NCBI GenBank assembly: GCA_010909165.1
Contig: MU008180.1
Coordinates: 309,884-373,883, forward strand
Origin: Anthoceros angustus
Lineage: Eukaryota; Plantae; Anthocerotophyta
DNA: 64,000 bases
Direction of reading: 5' to 3'
Shown here: piece after piece, positions 12,574-23,931 of the stretch
How the letters are laid out: the number at the start of each line of letters is the position of its first letter
Numbering within the stretch: position 1 is the first letter of the stretch
The notes under the pieces: model-generated
What the model was told of the DNA's origin: nothing
The model's input: the letters and a program-made list of their open reading frames with translations, nothing else
Databases searched by the model: none
Made by a program: the position numbers and the translations under genes

Positions 12574-13329
12574 GTTGTCACACGCTATTGAGGGGCTCAC
12601 AGGACTAGGCAACAATTAAAGGGTTTAATCGCTTTCTCCCTCAAGCCGGATTTCAAGCATATATAGACCGGCCGGGGTATAGCCTCGAATCAGAATCTCA
12701 GGACAAACTCATATACGGTTGTAGTTATCGAGATTAATATCGTATTCAAAGCGAATGAACCCAAATGCATATTTTGCGCATCGGAGCTAGCTCTTGGACC
12801 TCGGGCGACGCACTCATATTAATGAATGAATGCCCGACATTCATTTGCATCTGCAAGCGAGATCATCTCAGTGCTTTTACTCTCCAAGAGATGCATCCAT
12901 GCGGCAGCAGTATCGCCTTTTCTGTCTGCAAATTCTGCTCAATCGCGAACGGCGAACACAACGGAATAGAGATTGTCGGGCCGGAGAGCGCCCGTTAGTC
13001 AGTCACTGCTCATTATGATTACGCTTTGTGGCAGGAGTAGAAACAATGGCCTGGGAAGCTTGTGCTGGACCTGCTTTATGAATGCATCATGTGGGGCTGT
13101 ACGTGTGCAGGAAACCAAGGCTGGGCAGCCCCAAAGTTGAAGGAGGACAGTGCTGACCAATTCAAAACTGTGTGAATGCAAAGGAGGTACAGCCAAGGAT
13201 GCATAAGCATGCTGTCTTTATTGTGTTGTTTCAGGTTTGCTGCTACAATTAAGTTTCATCAGATCCCTCTTGGTTGTGGCCCCGGGCCCATAAACTTGTA
13301 TGCCTTGTGTTTGGCTAACTGTAGCTGGT

Positions 13330-13700
13330 AGTCACGATGCGCACCATGCACCAGAAGTGCCGGCTTGTGCATACCGACCTCAGCAAATAAAACGTTTTTG
13401 TACCTTGAGGTGAGCTCTCGCGTGCATTCATGAAAGCCAAATTAATGTGGAATTGAGTGTGGCTCAAGTGAGCCTTACTAGATGAATCCCAATCACCGAA
13501 GATGGAATGGAGCTGGACACCAATCTGTTGCCCAAACATGTCCGTCGAAACATCTCCACATCTGGTTCAGTCCAAGCATACGGCCCTGTACTTACGAAGG
13601 GCTTTCTCCTTCCTACCACCTGCCCTGCTGGGAATACCCCGCCATCATGGCATTCCAAGTCAGCCGGTGCCTGCACGGCTCCCTCTGCTGTGCAGGAACA
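13330..13700 (-). pseudogene. Decayed PPR-like remnant; also near 24700-25060, 49420-49790 and 60070-60430
   Basis: Minus-strand pieces LTWNAMMAGYSQQG, then EKALRKYRAVCLD and EPD in neighbouring frames. These resemble the PLS-PPR motif WNAMI.GY.Q.G..EEAL.L...M...G..PD. Confidence 0.45.
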
Positions 13701-14593
13701 CGCAGATAGCATCCGGCAGGAGTCCGGCTCCAACACCGGCGTCCGTCACGGCTACGAGGAAGGCGTTCAGATCCGGTGTTCCGAATGGTGGTATCGCTGG
13801 GGATGCTGCAGAATCCCTGATGCAGGTTGGCATGTTTCTGTGGCGGCGTTGGCGACCAAAGGCTTCAATCAATGCCTGGCGAGATTCCTATCATGGGACC
13901 TCGGACAGTTGCAAAAATATTACAGTACTAACATTACAGTACTAACATTGAACAGAAGTATGATCCTGTTACAGCAGATGATTCGCATCGATCACCCAGT
14001 CACCGGCCTTGTGAATCTTGCCTGGGATTTACGTTGTTCAAGGCTTTCATGGTGTTGACAAAGAAATCCAGGTGACATTATCATCTTCTCCACGATCGTC
14101 ACTCGCGCGTGCACCTTGCCATTGGGAAGCTTGAATCTCCGTCAGCTCGCTGATCATGACGAACGCCCGCGTTGGAGGAGCGAACGTTGACGATCCGCCC
14201 GGTGGACAGGTAACAGACTCTATGCCCAAGTGAACCGCACTGGAAGCAGGCGGTGTCATCCACCTTGGCGATGACGATCCCGTGGTTGTCGAGGAAGGAG
14301 TGATTTGTGGGTGCCCCTGTGTTGCGTTGCGTTCCACTGCTCGATCATTCCCTTTGCAAAATAGGTCCGCGTTCAAGAAAAGGAGCTGCACACAGCTATT
14401 GAATGATGTGGTCCAATCTCCTCAAGCTTAAGGAAACGGAGGGAAAATGACGTGTAATAAATCCTGTAAAGGAAACACCCTACCACTCAAACCTCACTGA
14501 CTGCCTCAAAACGCCTCCCTTACGCTGTACATGCATGGTGGGGAGAGATCCTCCTTCCGGCCTTGGGAAAATGCTCCCACAAGGACCGACTGA

Positions 14594-15977
14594 TCAACCA
14601 GGATCTATCCTGTGGACGCAGGCAGGGCATCCCCTGCCGAACAGGGGCTTGTATTCGGGCTTCAACTCGTAGGTTCCTTGGTTGGTCCCGCCTTTATTGT
14701 ATACACAGAGATCCTTCAAAATCTCCTTCAGGAAATTCTGCCATGAGACAAACTTCGCACATGTGAGAACTAGGATGCCAATTATATTGCAGCAGGTCCG
14801 ATAGAGATACGCCATACTTACCACGGGCTGATTAGTTTCCTTGATAAGGTTCTTCAATTCCCAGTTAGGATTCTCTTCGAACAGTTTGAAAACCCTGGCT
14901 TCTACATTCGAGGGCTCTCCGCGAAACCGCCTCTCTTTTTTCTTTTGGAGCCTCTCGGCAGCCGTTCAGACCCTGAGGAGATGTACATGCGCTCGTAAGA
15001 TGCTATGTTACGGACAGTTGCAGACAGTGCTGCATAGGAGCGCGGTATTGACTGGAAGTGATTCGGAAAGAAAGACAGCTGTAACACCTGCCTCTCCACC
15101 CGAAGCTCCAGATTGCGGCCCCATATGCGTGCCATGATGATCCTCCAGCATCTGAGGCCAGGGAACATATTTAACATGCATAGACTAGTTATCAGGGCAA
15201 AGGTGAAGGAGGTCTCCAATTGCAAGCTGTAAACCTACTTGTAAAGTTCGTCTGCCGCTGGCCTTCCTTTGCCTCTCCCGGTAAAGCTTGCCATACTTAT
15301 TCAAGTCGGTCAGCCCATCGCGCTGCATGTCGAATTTTCTTGTCACCGTTCCCTCCGCTGCAAGCTTACCTGCAGAGGGTATGCACGCGTCATGCTCAGA
15401 AATTTGACCTCCCACCACAACAGGGGCTCGAAAGTTGCACCCAACACCAATTCGTCAGCCCAACCAGCCTGCTACCACCCAATTAACAACATTTGGCCAT
15501 AGCGCATGTTAGCAATTACCGTCAGCTGCCTCAGAAAATACGCACATCGCGCCAAAGTGCTTCACCGAATTAAGCTCATACTTGGTCGGTGATAACTCTC
15601 CATCCTTCCGGGCACCTGCAAGGAATACTGCGCAAGCATGGCCAGAGTGAGGTCATCCTCGACGTCTACTCACAGGTCTCTACAACCCTAGCTAAACAAA
15701 CCGCGCCGATAGCTGGGAGCGAGCGGGAATGCGATGTGGTGTCTGTCATGGCACCTTTGGAAGAGCCTGAGGGTTGAGCAGATCCCAAGCAACAGTCATC
15801 CGACCCACTGGCTCTGTGCTTCCTGCATCGCGCCTCTGCTCCCATGACTTCGGCAGCTCATGATCAGCTGGAACCTTGAGCAAGAAAGCATTGCGCCTGG
15901 CCCTTGTAGTATTCAGTTGTATCTCAGGCAGCCGCCGAGGCATCAGTTTCGTCATCGCTGCCTTGTACACCGGCCAT
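14594..15977 (-). CDS. RAP30: TFIIF beta subunit (RAP30)-like paralog B, array copy 1
   Basis: Exons LNTTRARRNAFLLKVP, KYELNSVKHFGAMCVFSE, GKLAAEGTVTRKFDMQ..YGKLYRER, MLEDHHGTHMGP, RVFKLFEENPNWELKNLIKETNQP and NFLKEILKDLCVYNKGGTNQGTYELKPEYK, separated by short GT-AG introns. Frame near the ATG and at a poly-T run depends on 1-2-nt indels that vary between copies. Confidence 0.85.
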
Positions 15978-16499
15978 GTTGTCTCGCTGTGAGACCTTGA
16001 GGGGCTCACGGCTGTAGGCGACCAGCTGCAGGGAACGATGCAAGGGTTTGTTCGAGCCGGGGTTTTCAAGCATATATCGGCTGCGGGCTTAGGACTTCGA
16101 AATCAGAATCTCGGACAAAGGCACACGTATGCTTATCGCGATTCTACCGAAAGTGAATGAAACGAACTGCATATATATTTGGGGCAGCGTCGCTGTCCCC
16201 AACTGGAGCTTGAGCGACGCAGTCTGATTACGAAATGAGCCTCCCGCGCCAATCTGTAGACACGCGACTCATCTCAATGCTTTCTCTCCAGAGATGAATC
16301 GATGCAGGAGCATGATCGCTTATTCTGTCGGTGAATTCTGCTCCAACTGCCTGATCCTTTGAACTGGAAGGCTATAAGGACTGACTCGTTTGAGCTGGAA
16401 GGTTGGAAACATGGCTGCGACACCAGAAGGTAACAACGAGATGGCGAATGGAATGACAGACTGGCTCAGGGTGATGGAAGGCTCAGGCTGAGGACTTTC

Positions 16500-17110
16500 C
16501 AGGTGAGCTGGGAGGAGGTGAAATGGGAGTGGAACACGGATGAGAAAGCCTACCCTTGTCCAATTTCGATCGAGCTGAGTTCTGCAGGTCTCATTGCATA
16601 AATTCAAGACCTGGGACTGTACCATATTCTTAGTCACTGTGCTTCCAATTGCAAGCAAAGAGCTGGGGAACTAAGACAACGGAGGCTAGGGTTCCAATCA
16701 TTCTCGATTCTTGTTACAAGTGTGTTCAAGTTGGCTCTTGTGTAGGAGGATGGGGAGGAAGGGAACATGCTGGTGGTCGGGGACTCCATCAATTCAACCA
16801 GGAGGTGTTCGTGATTTTGGTGAACCACATCGTGGTAAGCAAACCAATTAGGTGGAGAGCGCCCTTGACCTCGGGAGTGTGGCACATAGCTGGGACATCA
16901 TCAGGTCTGCAAAGATGTGCTTGGGGACAGGGATTCCGCGTGGAGAATGTAAGAGATGACAGACTAGACTGTCTGTCATCCAGTGGATGGACGAGGACAA
17001 GGTCAAGCAATCACATGGAGTATCCATGGATCAAGCTTGTGGAGCCCTGCAACATCTCGTCTTGGTGCTCACCAGACGAGCGCACTTTGAGAATGATGCC
17101 AAATTTACAG
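16500..17110 (+). pseudogene. TBL/PC-esterase-like remnant; also at ~29090-29700, ~36200-36810, ~52590-53200 and ~63240-63850
   Basis: VKWEWNTDE / LSNFDRAEFCR / RMGRKGNMLVVGDSIN / LVLVLTRRAHFEND resemble the TBL KWRW.P..C.LPRFD...FLE..RGK.L.FVGDS and NRGAH motifs. Frameshifted. Confidence 0.55.
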
Positions 17111-17285
17111 CTTGAGACCAAATTTCAATATGCGCATAATCCAAATCCTAACAACAACGTACCATTGTCATTGCAGTGAAGTACCGAGGTGATAAAATAT
17201 TATACTTGTATGTACATAGTTAGAGTGGCAGGTGCATTTAGTATCCAAAAGTAGGTAAGAATTAGGCTTCGGCGGCGGTCCCATA

Positions 17286-19707
17286 ATGCGCACCATCAAG
17301 GCCGCGCGAAACGAAACGTCTCAGTATCGTCTCAAGCTCCTTCCTCAGCATCTCCTTCTGCATTCTCTGCATCCATCGATTCGCTTGAAGCCGGAATGGA
17401 TATGGACGGTGCCGCAACTGCTGGGGCCAAAGGATTGGGACTCGGCTGATGCTGCCGGGGAAATCCGATACACGCAGTCCAGGATTTCGACGGTCTTCTC
17501 CAAGAGGAAAGCGCTCTCCGCTTGCTCCACTTTGCGGGACTTGCTGAGAGGCTTCGGCGTGGAGACTTGGCTGTGACAGACGTGTCCCCGATCCGTGTGG
17601 TGATGCACGAAGGCGTCCCCTACAGCCTGGACAACAGGAGGCTTTGGGTGTTCAAGGAGCTCAGGAAGCCCATTCCGGTGAAAGTCCTCTCCTTGGAGGA
17701 GTGCGGGAAGGAGTTCTTCCAAAAGTGGGACTCCAAATCCTCGGGGAACAGCGTGTCGCTCAACGAGGAGTGGGATCGGAAGGAGAAGTTTCACCCAACG
17801 CAGATGGTGAACCATATCCTGAGCTGGTCGCTGGAGAACGTGCAGACAAAGTGGCTGCACGTGAACAAGGTAGTGGTTTGGATTGGTGTAATGAGGTTGT
17901 GTGAAGTAGGAGAAACGGGTCTGATCATGCTGGTTTGAGGACTGAGTGTTGGGTTTGGTGTGCTGTGCACTCTGGGTGGCACAGGCAAAGCCGATTGGAC
18001 TCACGTTCGACTCCATGGAGCAGTATGTGACGGGCTTTAAGTGGCCTCTGCTGGAGGAGACAAGGCGCCATTCAACAGCAGCTGGAGGAAATCGGAGCCG
18101 CGCCCCGATTCCATGTCTCGGGCCGACAACTCGCGATCGGACATGCTGCTGGTAGTCATGACGCTCGATTGAAAACACTTGAGCTCGAGGTGTCAGGAGG
18201 GACTTACCAACCCAGAAGCAACGATCTGGTTCTGTTCTCAACAGTAGACCCAAAGGGTCTTCATGCCCTTCATAGGGCGTCCACATGTTTGGCTTCCTTA
18301 GGCGTAAGGTGAGCAAGCTTGGAGGCTGTCAAGGTAACTTGCATTTCAAGACTGTAGTATATGCACCGGATGAGAGTCCGGAGTATGCTGCTCTGCGGGA
18401 TGGCAAGGCAACATGGACCATTCTCCACATCACCAACTTAGCTACGACTATTAGGATTTGGGACAGTTTGGAGCTACTGTATCGTAATTCTAAATCTGAA
18501 GTACTTGCATTACCAGTACTGCAAGATATTCTCCAGGCGGACTATAACTGCTCGGTATGCTTTACACCGTATGGGATAATCTCGTGGTGGTTCTGAAGTC
18601 TGGAGGTCATTCTATTTTCTTATCACATGAACTTACATTACTGTTATCATGGCTCACTGCAGTTTGTTATCAGCTTGCAGACAACCTGATCATGTTCGGA
18701 TGGAAATTTGGTTTGATGTTTTGTGCACAGGTGCCCAGGTGCCAACATATGGCTTTTGATGAAGTAGAGCTGCCACTCAGGAAATACTGTGAGGATGTCA
18801 GAGCCATGAATCAGTCCCAAGTGGAAGCAGTCGTAGATGCAGTGTCTGGACTTGTGAACCGAGTTGGACCACGAGTAAGACTGATCCAAGGTCCGCCAGG
18901 GACGGGAAGACTACCCTGCTGGTATCTCTGCTGTCTATACTTTCCAGCATGAACTACAGAGTCCACATGTCTGCACCAACCAACACAGCCATTTGTGAGG
19001 TTGCTTCCAGGTTTGTGTCACAGATGTTGGTCTCTAAGCACAACAATGTCCAGTTTGGTGCTTGTTTCCCGGATTTGAGGATTCGTGGACGCGAAGGAAG
19101 CAGGATGTTGAATTTGGGAGACGTAGTGCTTATTGGGCGCGAGGAGGCAATAGACCTCAAGACCCACAAAGTGCTGGAATATATTTATCTGCCCCATAGC
19201 AAACACATTGAAGGAATCAGCTTTGTGTTTTGTCACTGCCTATAAGAAATGTGCCGAGGCGCTCAGAAAATTCCTGCAGTGTGCGTTAGGAGAGTATGTG
19301 AGGCATTCCAAAGTTTTAGCGGCCGCTCACAACAGGGAAGAGTCACGACCATTAGCCACTTTCGTGAGGAAGAATTTGGAGGTCCTGATTTCGTCTATGG
19401 TCCACCATGGTCATATCATGTGCCAGGACGTCTCAAGTGTTTTCTCAGCTCTCAAACAAAGAAGGGCGCCCGTCATATTGTAGTCCTCAGAGAGAAACTT
19501 CTTGGGTATTTCGATTTGCATGATCTTTCTCATGAACACATAAGCATATGGCTGTCCGAAACACACGCCGAATTTTACTCATTCTGGACTCCTGTAGACT
19601 GCCGAGTTATAGTATGCTTGCAGGACAACAAAGAAGCGAAGTGGTCTGCCACTTTTCTGGAGGAGTCGACTGTGGCGCAACGCAACCTGGGAGCGGAGGA
19701 CTTGTGA
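17286..19707 (+). CDS. ParB/Srx-like domain fused to a DUF6469-type region and the N-terminal half of a Upf1/Sen1-like SF1B helicase; 3 exons, frameshifted and C-terminally truncated; copy 1
   Basis: Exon 1 (to 17869): EIRYTQSRISTVFS...PIRVVMHEGVPYSLDNRRLWVFKEL. Phase-0 intron 17870-17984. Exon 2: FDSMEQYVTGFKWPLLEETRA..YQPRSNDLV..HITNLATTIRIWDSL. Phase-0 intron 18555-18730. Exon 3: MNQSQVEAV..LIQGPPGTGK(T)..SAPTNTAICEVASR. No DEAAQ or later helicase motifs were found. Confidence 0.75.
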
Positions 19708-20029
19708 GAAAAGTGACGCAAACACAGGCGCGTGAGGCCAGGAAAGTTTGTTGTGAAAAGGCGCGCTAGGTGGTGGTTGAGCTGAGAATTGTGAAGGCAT
19801 GGCAAGTTGGAGAGGAGCTAGGGGGCGAGAGATTGCTGAGGAAGAGGAGCTGTCTTTTGGCAAGTGTTGGCGGGGAGTTTGTGGGGTTTTGTTCCAGCCT
19901 GAGGAAGGGAGCCCTCTTGATTAACGACCTTGGTGCCTTTTTCTTTGCTCACTCTTCCTCTCTAGCCGCCTGATAGGTTGCTCTCCCTACCCTCCCAAAT
20001 TCCATCCTTGTGTGTGCTCCTTTTGTGCA

Positions 20030-21500
20030 GATGGTGAAGATTGTTAGGACGGGTGGTGGCACCCCAACTCAAGGCGATAGCAGAAAGGCAGTGCCGCCAC
20101 ACCTCCCGTCGAGGCAAAGGCAAAAACATCGATCCCATGCCCGAGTTCGACTACCGCCCCATCCAAATTTCACCTCGAGACTTGAATGCTTTCGAGCGTG
20201 CGGAGGAATTGAAGATGGAGTGGTTGTATTTGGCGCTGGATGGCACTTTTCAAGCCCAGCATTGGTGCGGAGTGTGCACGGTTGCGAGCCACGAGGAGAA
20301 GCAAGGACACCAAGATGTCATAGTCCCGAGTCACCACAGGCGTGGAAGGTGCGCCATTTTCACCGACATATTTCATACCCGAGGCGCACTAGGAGGGATC
20401 ATCCCATGCCCGCTTTTCTAAGAATCGATCCAGAAGTGGCCATGGATATGTTCCTCGACCCAAGAAGGAAGTTTGGTCTCCGGTAATGGTTGGCGAGTTT
20501 CCATATTCAAAGAAAAGGAAGTGGAACTGTTCTCCAAGATTTGGTTGGGATTGATTTTTGCGGAAGACCTACATAAGCAATTCCCACCTCATGATGATCT
20601 ATGAAATGTCCAAGGGCAAGTGGCGATTAGGCGAGCATCCTCTATGAGCAAGCGGTAGCTCATAGGAATCATTTGATGAGTGAGGAGGCCAAAATTAGTT
20701 TTGTCTCCACCTTCCTAGTGCATCTATACCATAGGGAGGAACTTCTTAAGGAGGAGGAACTGGAGGAAGCTAAGGCAGGCTTCCTTGGTCCGAGTGGTGG
20801 CGCCCCTCTTAACCGGTTTCTTTTCTTGTCAGATTTCACCTTAGGATCAGTGCTTGTTGCTTGTTGGCATCTTGCAGGCACTCGAGACTTGAATGCTTTC
20901 GATGCGGGAGGAATTGAAGATGGATGGTTGTATTTGGCGCTGGATGGCACTTTTCAAGCCCAGCATTGGTGCGGAGTGTGCACACGGTTGCGAGCCACGA
21001 GAGGAGAAGCAAGGACACCAAGATGTCATAGTCCCGAGTCACCACAGGCGTGGAAGGTGCGCCATTTTCAGCGGACATATTTCATACCCGAGGCGCACTA
21101 GGAGGGATCATCCCATGCCCGCTTTTCTAAGAATCGGATCCGAAGTGGCCATGGATATGTTCCTACAGAAGGAAGTTTGGTCTCCGGTAATGGTTGGCGA
21201 GTTTCCATATTCAAAGAAAAGGAAGTGGAACTGTTCTCCAAGATTTGGTTGGGATTGATTTGCGCCCGCCAGAAGACCTACATAAGCAATTCCCACCTCA
21301 TGATGATCTATGAAATGTCCAAGGTGCAGTTAGTGAGCATCCTCTATGAGCAAGCGGTAGCTCATAGGAATCATTTGATGAGTGAGGAGGCCAAAATTAG
21401 TTTTGTCTCCACCTTCCTAGTGCATCTATACCATAGGGAGGAACTTCTTAAGGAGGAGGAACTGGAGGAAGCTAAGGCAGGCTTCCTTGGTCCGAGTGGT
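20030..21500 (+). mobile_element. Degraded retroelement-associated ORF (plant transposon-protein-like), with ~700-bp internal duplication in this copy; also 39730-40406 + 46148-46280 and 56120-56920
   Basis: WNLFSKIWLGLICAARKTYISNSHLMMIYEMSKGKLADWASILYEQ..FVSTFLVHLY resembles accessory ORFs of plant gypsy elements. Heavily frameshifted; followed by the 125-bp repeats. Confidence 0.4.
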
Positions 21501-22589
21501 GGCGCCCCTCTTAACCGGTTTCTGTTTTCTTGTATTTCACCTTAGGATCGGCTGTGCTTGTTGCTTGTTGGCATCTTGCGAGGCACCTGAGACTCGTTTT
21601 AAGCAACCTATCGGGAGCTTCCTAACCCAAGAGCGCTCACGTTGTAGGTAATCTCGTGGCTGCCCAAGTGAAAATCCATCGATTTCGGCCACTCTAGGCG
21701 TTGGTGCTGCAAGAGCGACTTGAGAGGTTGTTAAGAATAGATCTAGTGGATGGTTGTGGAAGAAGGTATGAGATTGAGTTATTGGGTTCTCTCGTCGTTG
21801 TAGTGTTTTTCCGTGGTCTTAGAAGTTAGGGGAACGGAAGGCTCAAGTTGGGGCCGTACAAGAAACCCAAAACCCATATTCGGTGAGGCAATTTGTGACA
21901 AAGAAGGAATTGTGAGAGAGCAAGAATCGACCCCTCGTGATAAGCGTATCCACCAAGTCTCTTGGAATCGAACCCACGATTCGACGATGGGACAAGTGTG
22001 GCCACCGGGCTAGCTCGGGGTGATCGGGCGAACCTACCACAGAGAGTGAGAATCGACGTGGATAAGCGCATCCAAACAAGTCTCTTGGGATCGAACCCAC
22101 GATTCGACGACCACCGTGGATAAGTGTGGCCACCGGGCTAGCTCGGGGTGACGGGTGAATCCACCACAACACATCTCGCAGATCGCAAATCCAGCACCAC
22201 ATGCACGATGAACCGTACTTGAATCGATATCACCTTTTTTTTTTTCTTGTGTTATTTCTCATAGATCAAATAGTACCTATTCAGATTTGTTTCTAGAGGA
22301 TCACTTACCGAGCTGCTTCACACGGTTTCTAGGTATGCCTCAAGTTACCGCCCTATCAAAAACCTCGAAACTCGCAGTGAGGCGAACTTCCGCAGTTGGC
22401 CCCTCCGTTGCATCTGATTGAGGAGTCCCTCCAGCGCCCAGACAAGACTTAATAGCCTTCTCAACCATAGTTTTGCTGATCTAGTCGGCCACAGAGGACC
22501 ATAGATGTTATGGCAACAAATATGTGATATCATTCGACATATTCATGTCCAAAGAACTCAAATTTCTTGTGGGGCGCAAGGACCGATCC

Positions 22590-23931
22590 TCGAGCTTGTA
22601 CTGCTTGAGTTGCCACGTGCCATAGTTCTTTCCGTCGAGTTGTATTCGCACGCACTTTGCAAAATTTTCTTCACGAGATCCCGCTGAATGAGACAAACTT
22701 CATTCATGTGAGAACGCTAGGATGCCAATCATATTGCAGCAGCTCTAGACTGAATATGGATTCATATGCATGACACTATACGCACCACAGTGATCAACCT
22801 CCGCGACAAGGTCCTTCAATTTCCAATAAGGATTGCTCAAACAGTTGAAAACTTCCTCTTCTACCTCCATGGAATCTCGCATCCTCCTCCTTGGTTTTGG
22901 AAGCTCTTGGCTCCTCTTCTTACCCTCACTCGATGAGCATATGCTCGTTAAGATGATTTGTTACGGACAGTCGCATGCATAGATAGTGGTACATAGAAGT
23001 ACGGTATAAATTATTGGGAGTCGGGAAAGACAGGCAAGATACCGTACCTGTCCATTAAGCTCATTTAAGTCATAACCTCGAGCTATCGGATCATTCCTCA
23101 AAGACCGTGAGACCAGAAACAACTTTAACATGTATGGACTAGCAATCGTGGCAAAGGTGAAGGAGGTCTCCAATTGCTACAAGCTATACACCTTTGAAGT
23201 TTTTCTAACGCTGGTTCCTCTCCCTCTCCGCAAACGCGCCATACACGTGCAAATCGCCACGCCATCATAGCGCGCATGTGGAATATGTCCTTCACTGTTC
23301 CCTCCGCTGCAAGCGTACCTGCATAGAGTATGCACGCGTCATGTTCAAGAAAGCTGACCTTTACCTCACCTCAATTGCAACACGGCCCGAAAGTTGCATG
23401 CAACCACCACTTCGCCAGCCCAACCAGCACGCCTGTGCTACCAATCAACAATGTTAACCACAAATCGCCATACCCTATGCTAGCAATTACCGTCAGGTGC
23501 CACAGAGAATGACAACAGCGATGGCAGATACTCTCAGGATCGATTGACCAGCGCATACGTGGTTGGTGACTGTCCATCCTTCCCGGGCACCGTTAAGGTG
23601 TGCTGCACAAGCATGGCAAGACAAAGAGTGAGCTCATCAATCCTCCTAGTAGTCTACTCATCACCTCTATCAACAACCCTAGTGAACCTAGGGCCGGAGA
23701 GAGCGATGTGGCGTTGCCATGGTATGACTGTGGAGGAGCCGTAGGCTTGTGCAGATCAATCGCGACGGTCATGATACCTGTGGGGCTCGCGATCCGCACG
23801 TAGTCGCTTCTCCCATCGCCGCCAAGTCGGGTGAAATTTTGAGCAACATATGTTCTTCCCCGACCTTGTAGTATCCAGCAGTGTTTCAGCTGGCCAGAAA
23901 ATCAATCATCGCTGCTGCTCACATAGGCCAT
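22590..23931 (-). pseudogene. RAP30: TFIIF beta paralog A, array copy 2
   Basis: Colinear with A0; shared frameshifts. Confidence 0.75.

Noticed and set aside
13921-13948. 14-bp tandem duplication tacagtactaacat
   Set aside because: Trivial slippage product, copied along with the unit.
13507-14058. 183-aa plus-strand ORF recurring in each unit
   Set aside because: Recurrence is explained by the DNA repeat; no motif; it overlaps the PPR remnant on the other strand.
16634-16885. Minus-strand PNWFAYHDVV...LLVELM resembling the DEAH-helicase OB fold
   Set aside because: Weak match; the opposite strand gives a more coherent TBL motif series over the same bases.
16955-16980. 10-bp inverted repeat gatgacagac/gtctgtcatc as a Helitron end or terminator
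   Set aside because: No CTRR terminus follows and it is not at a unit boundary.
17345-18316. 323-aa minus-strand ORF and its copies (37048, 53437)
   Set aside because: Antisense shadow of the ParB-helicase exons; no recognisable domain.
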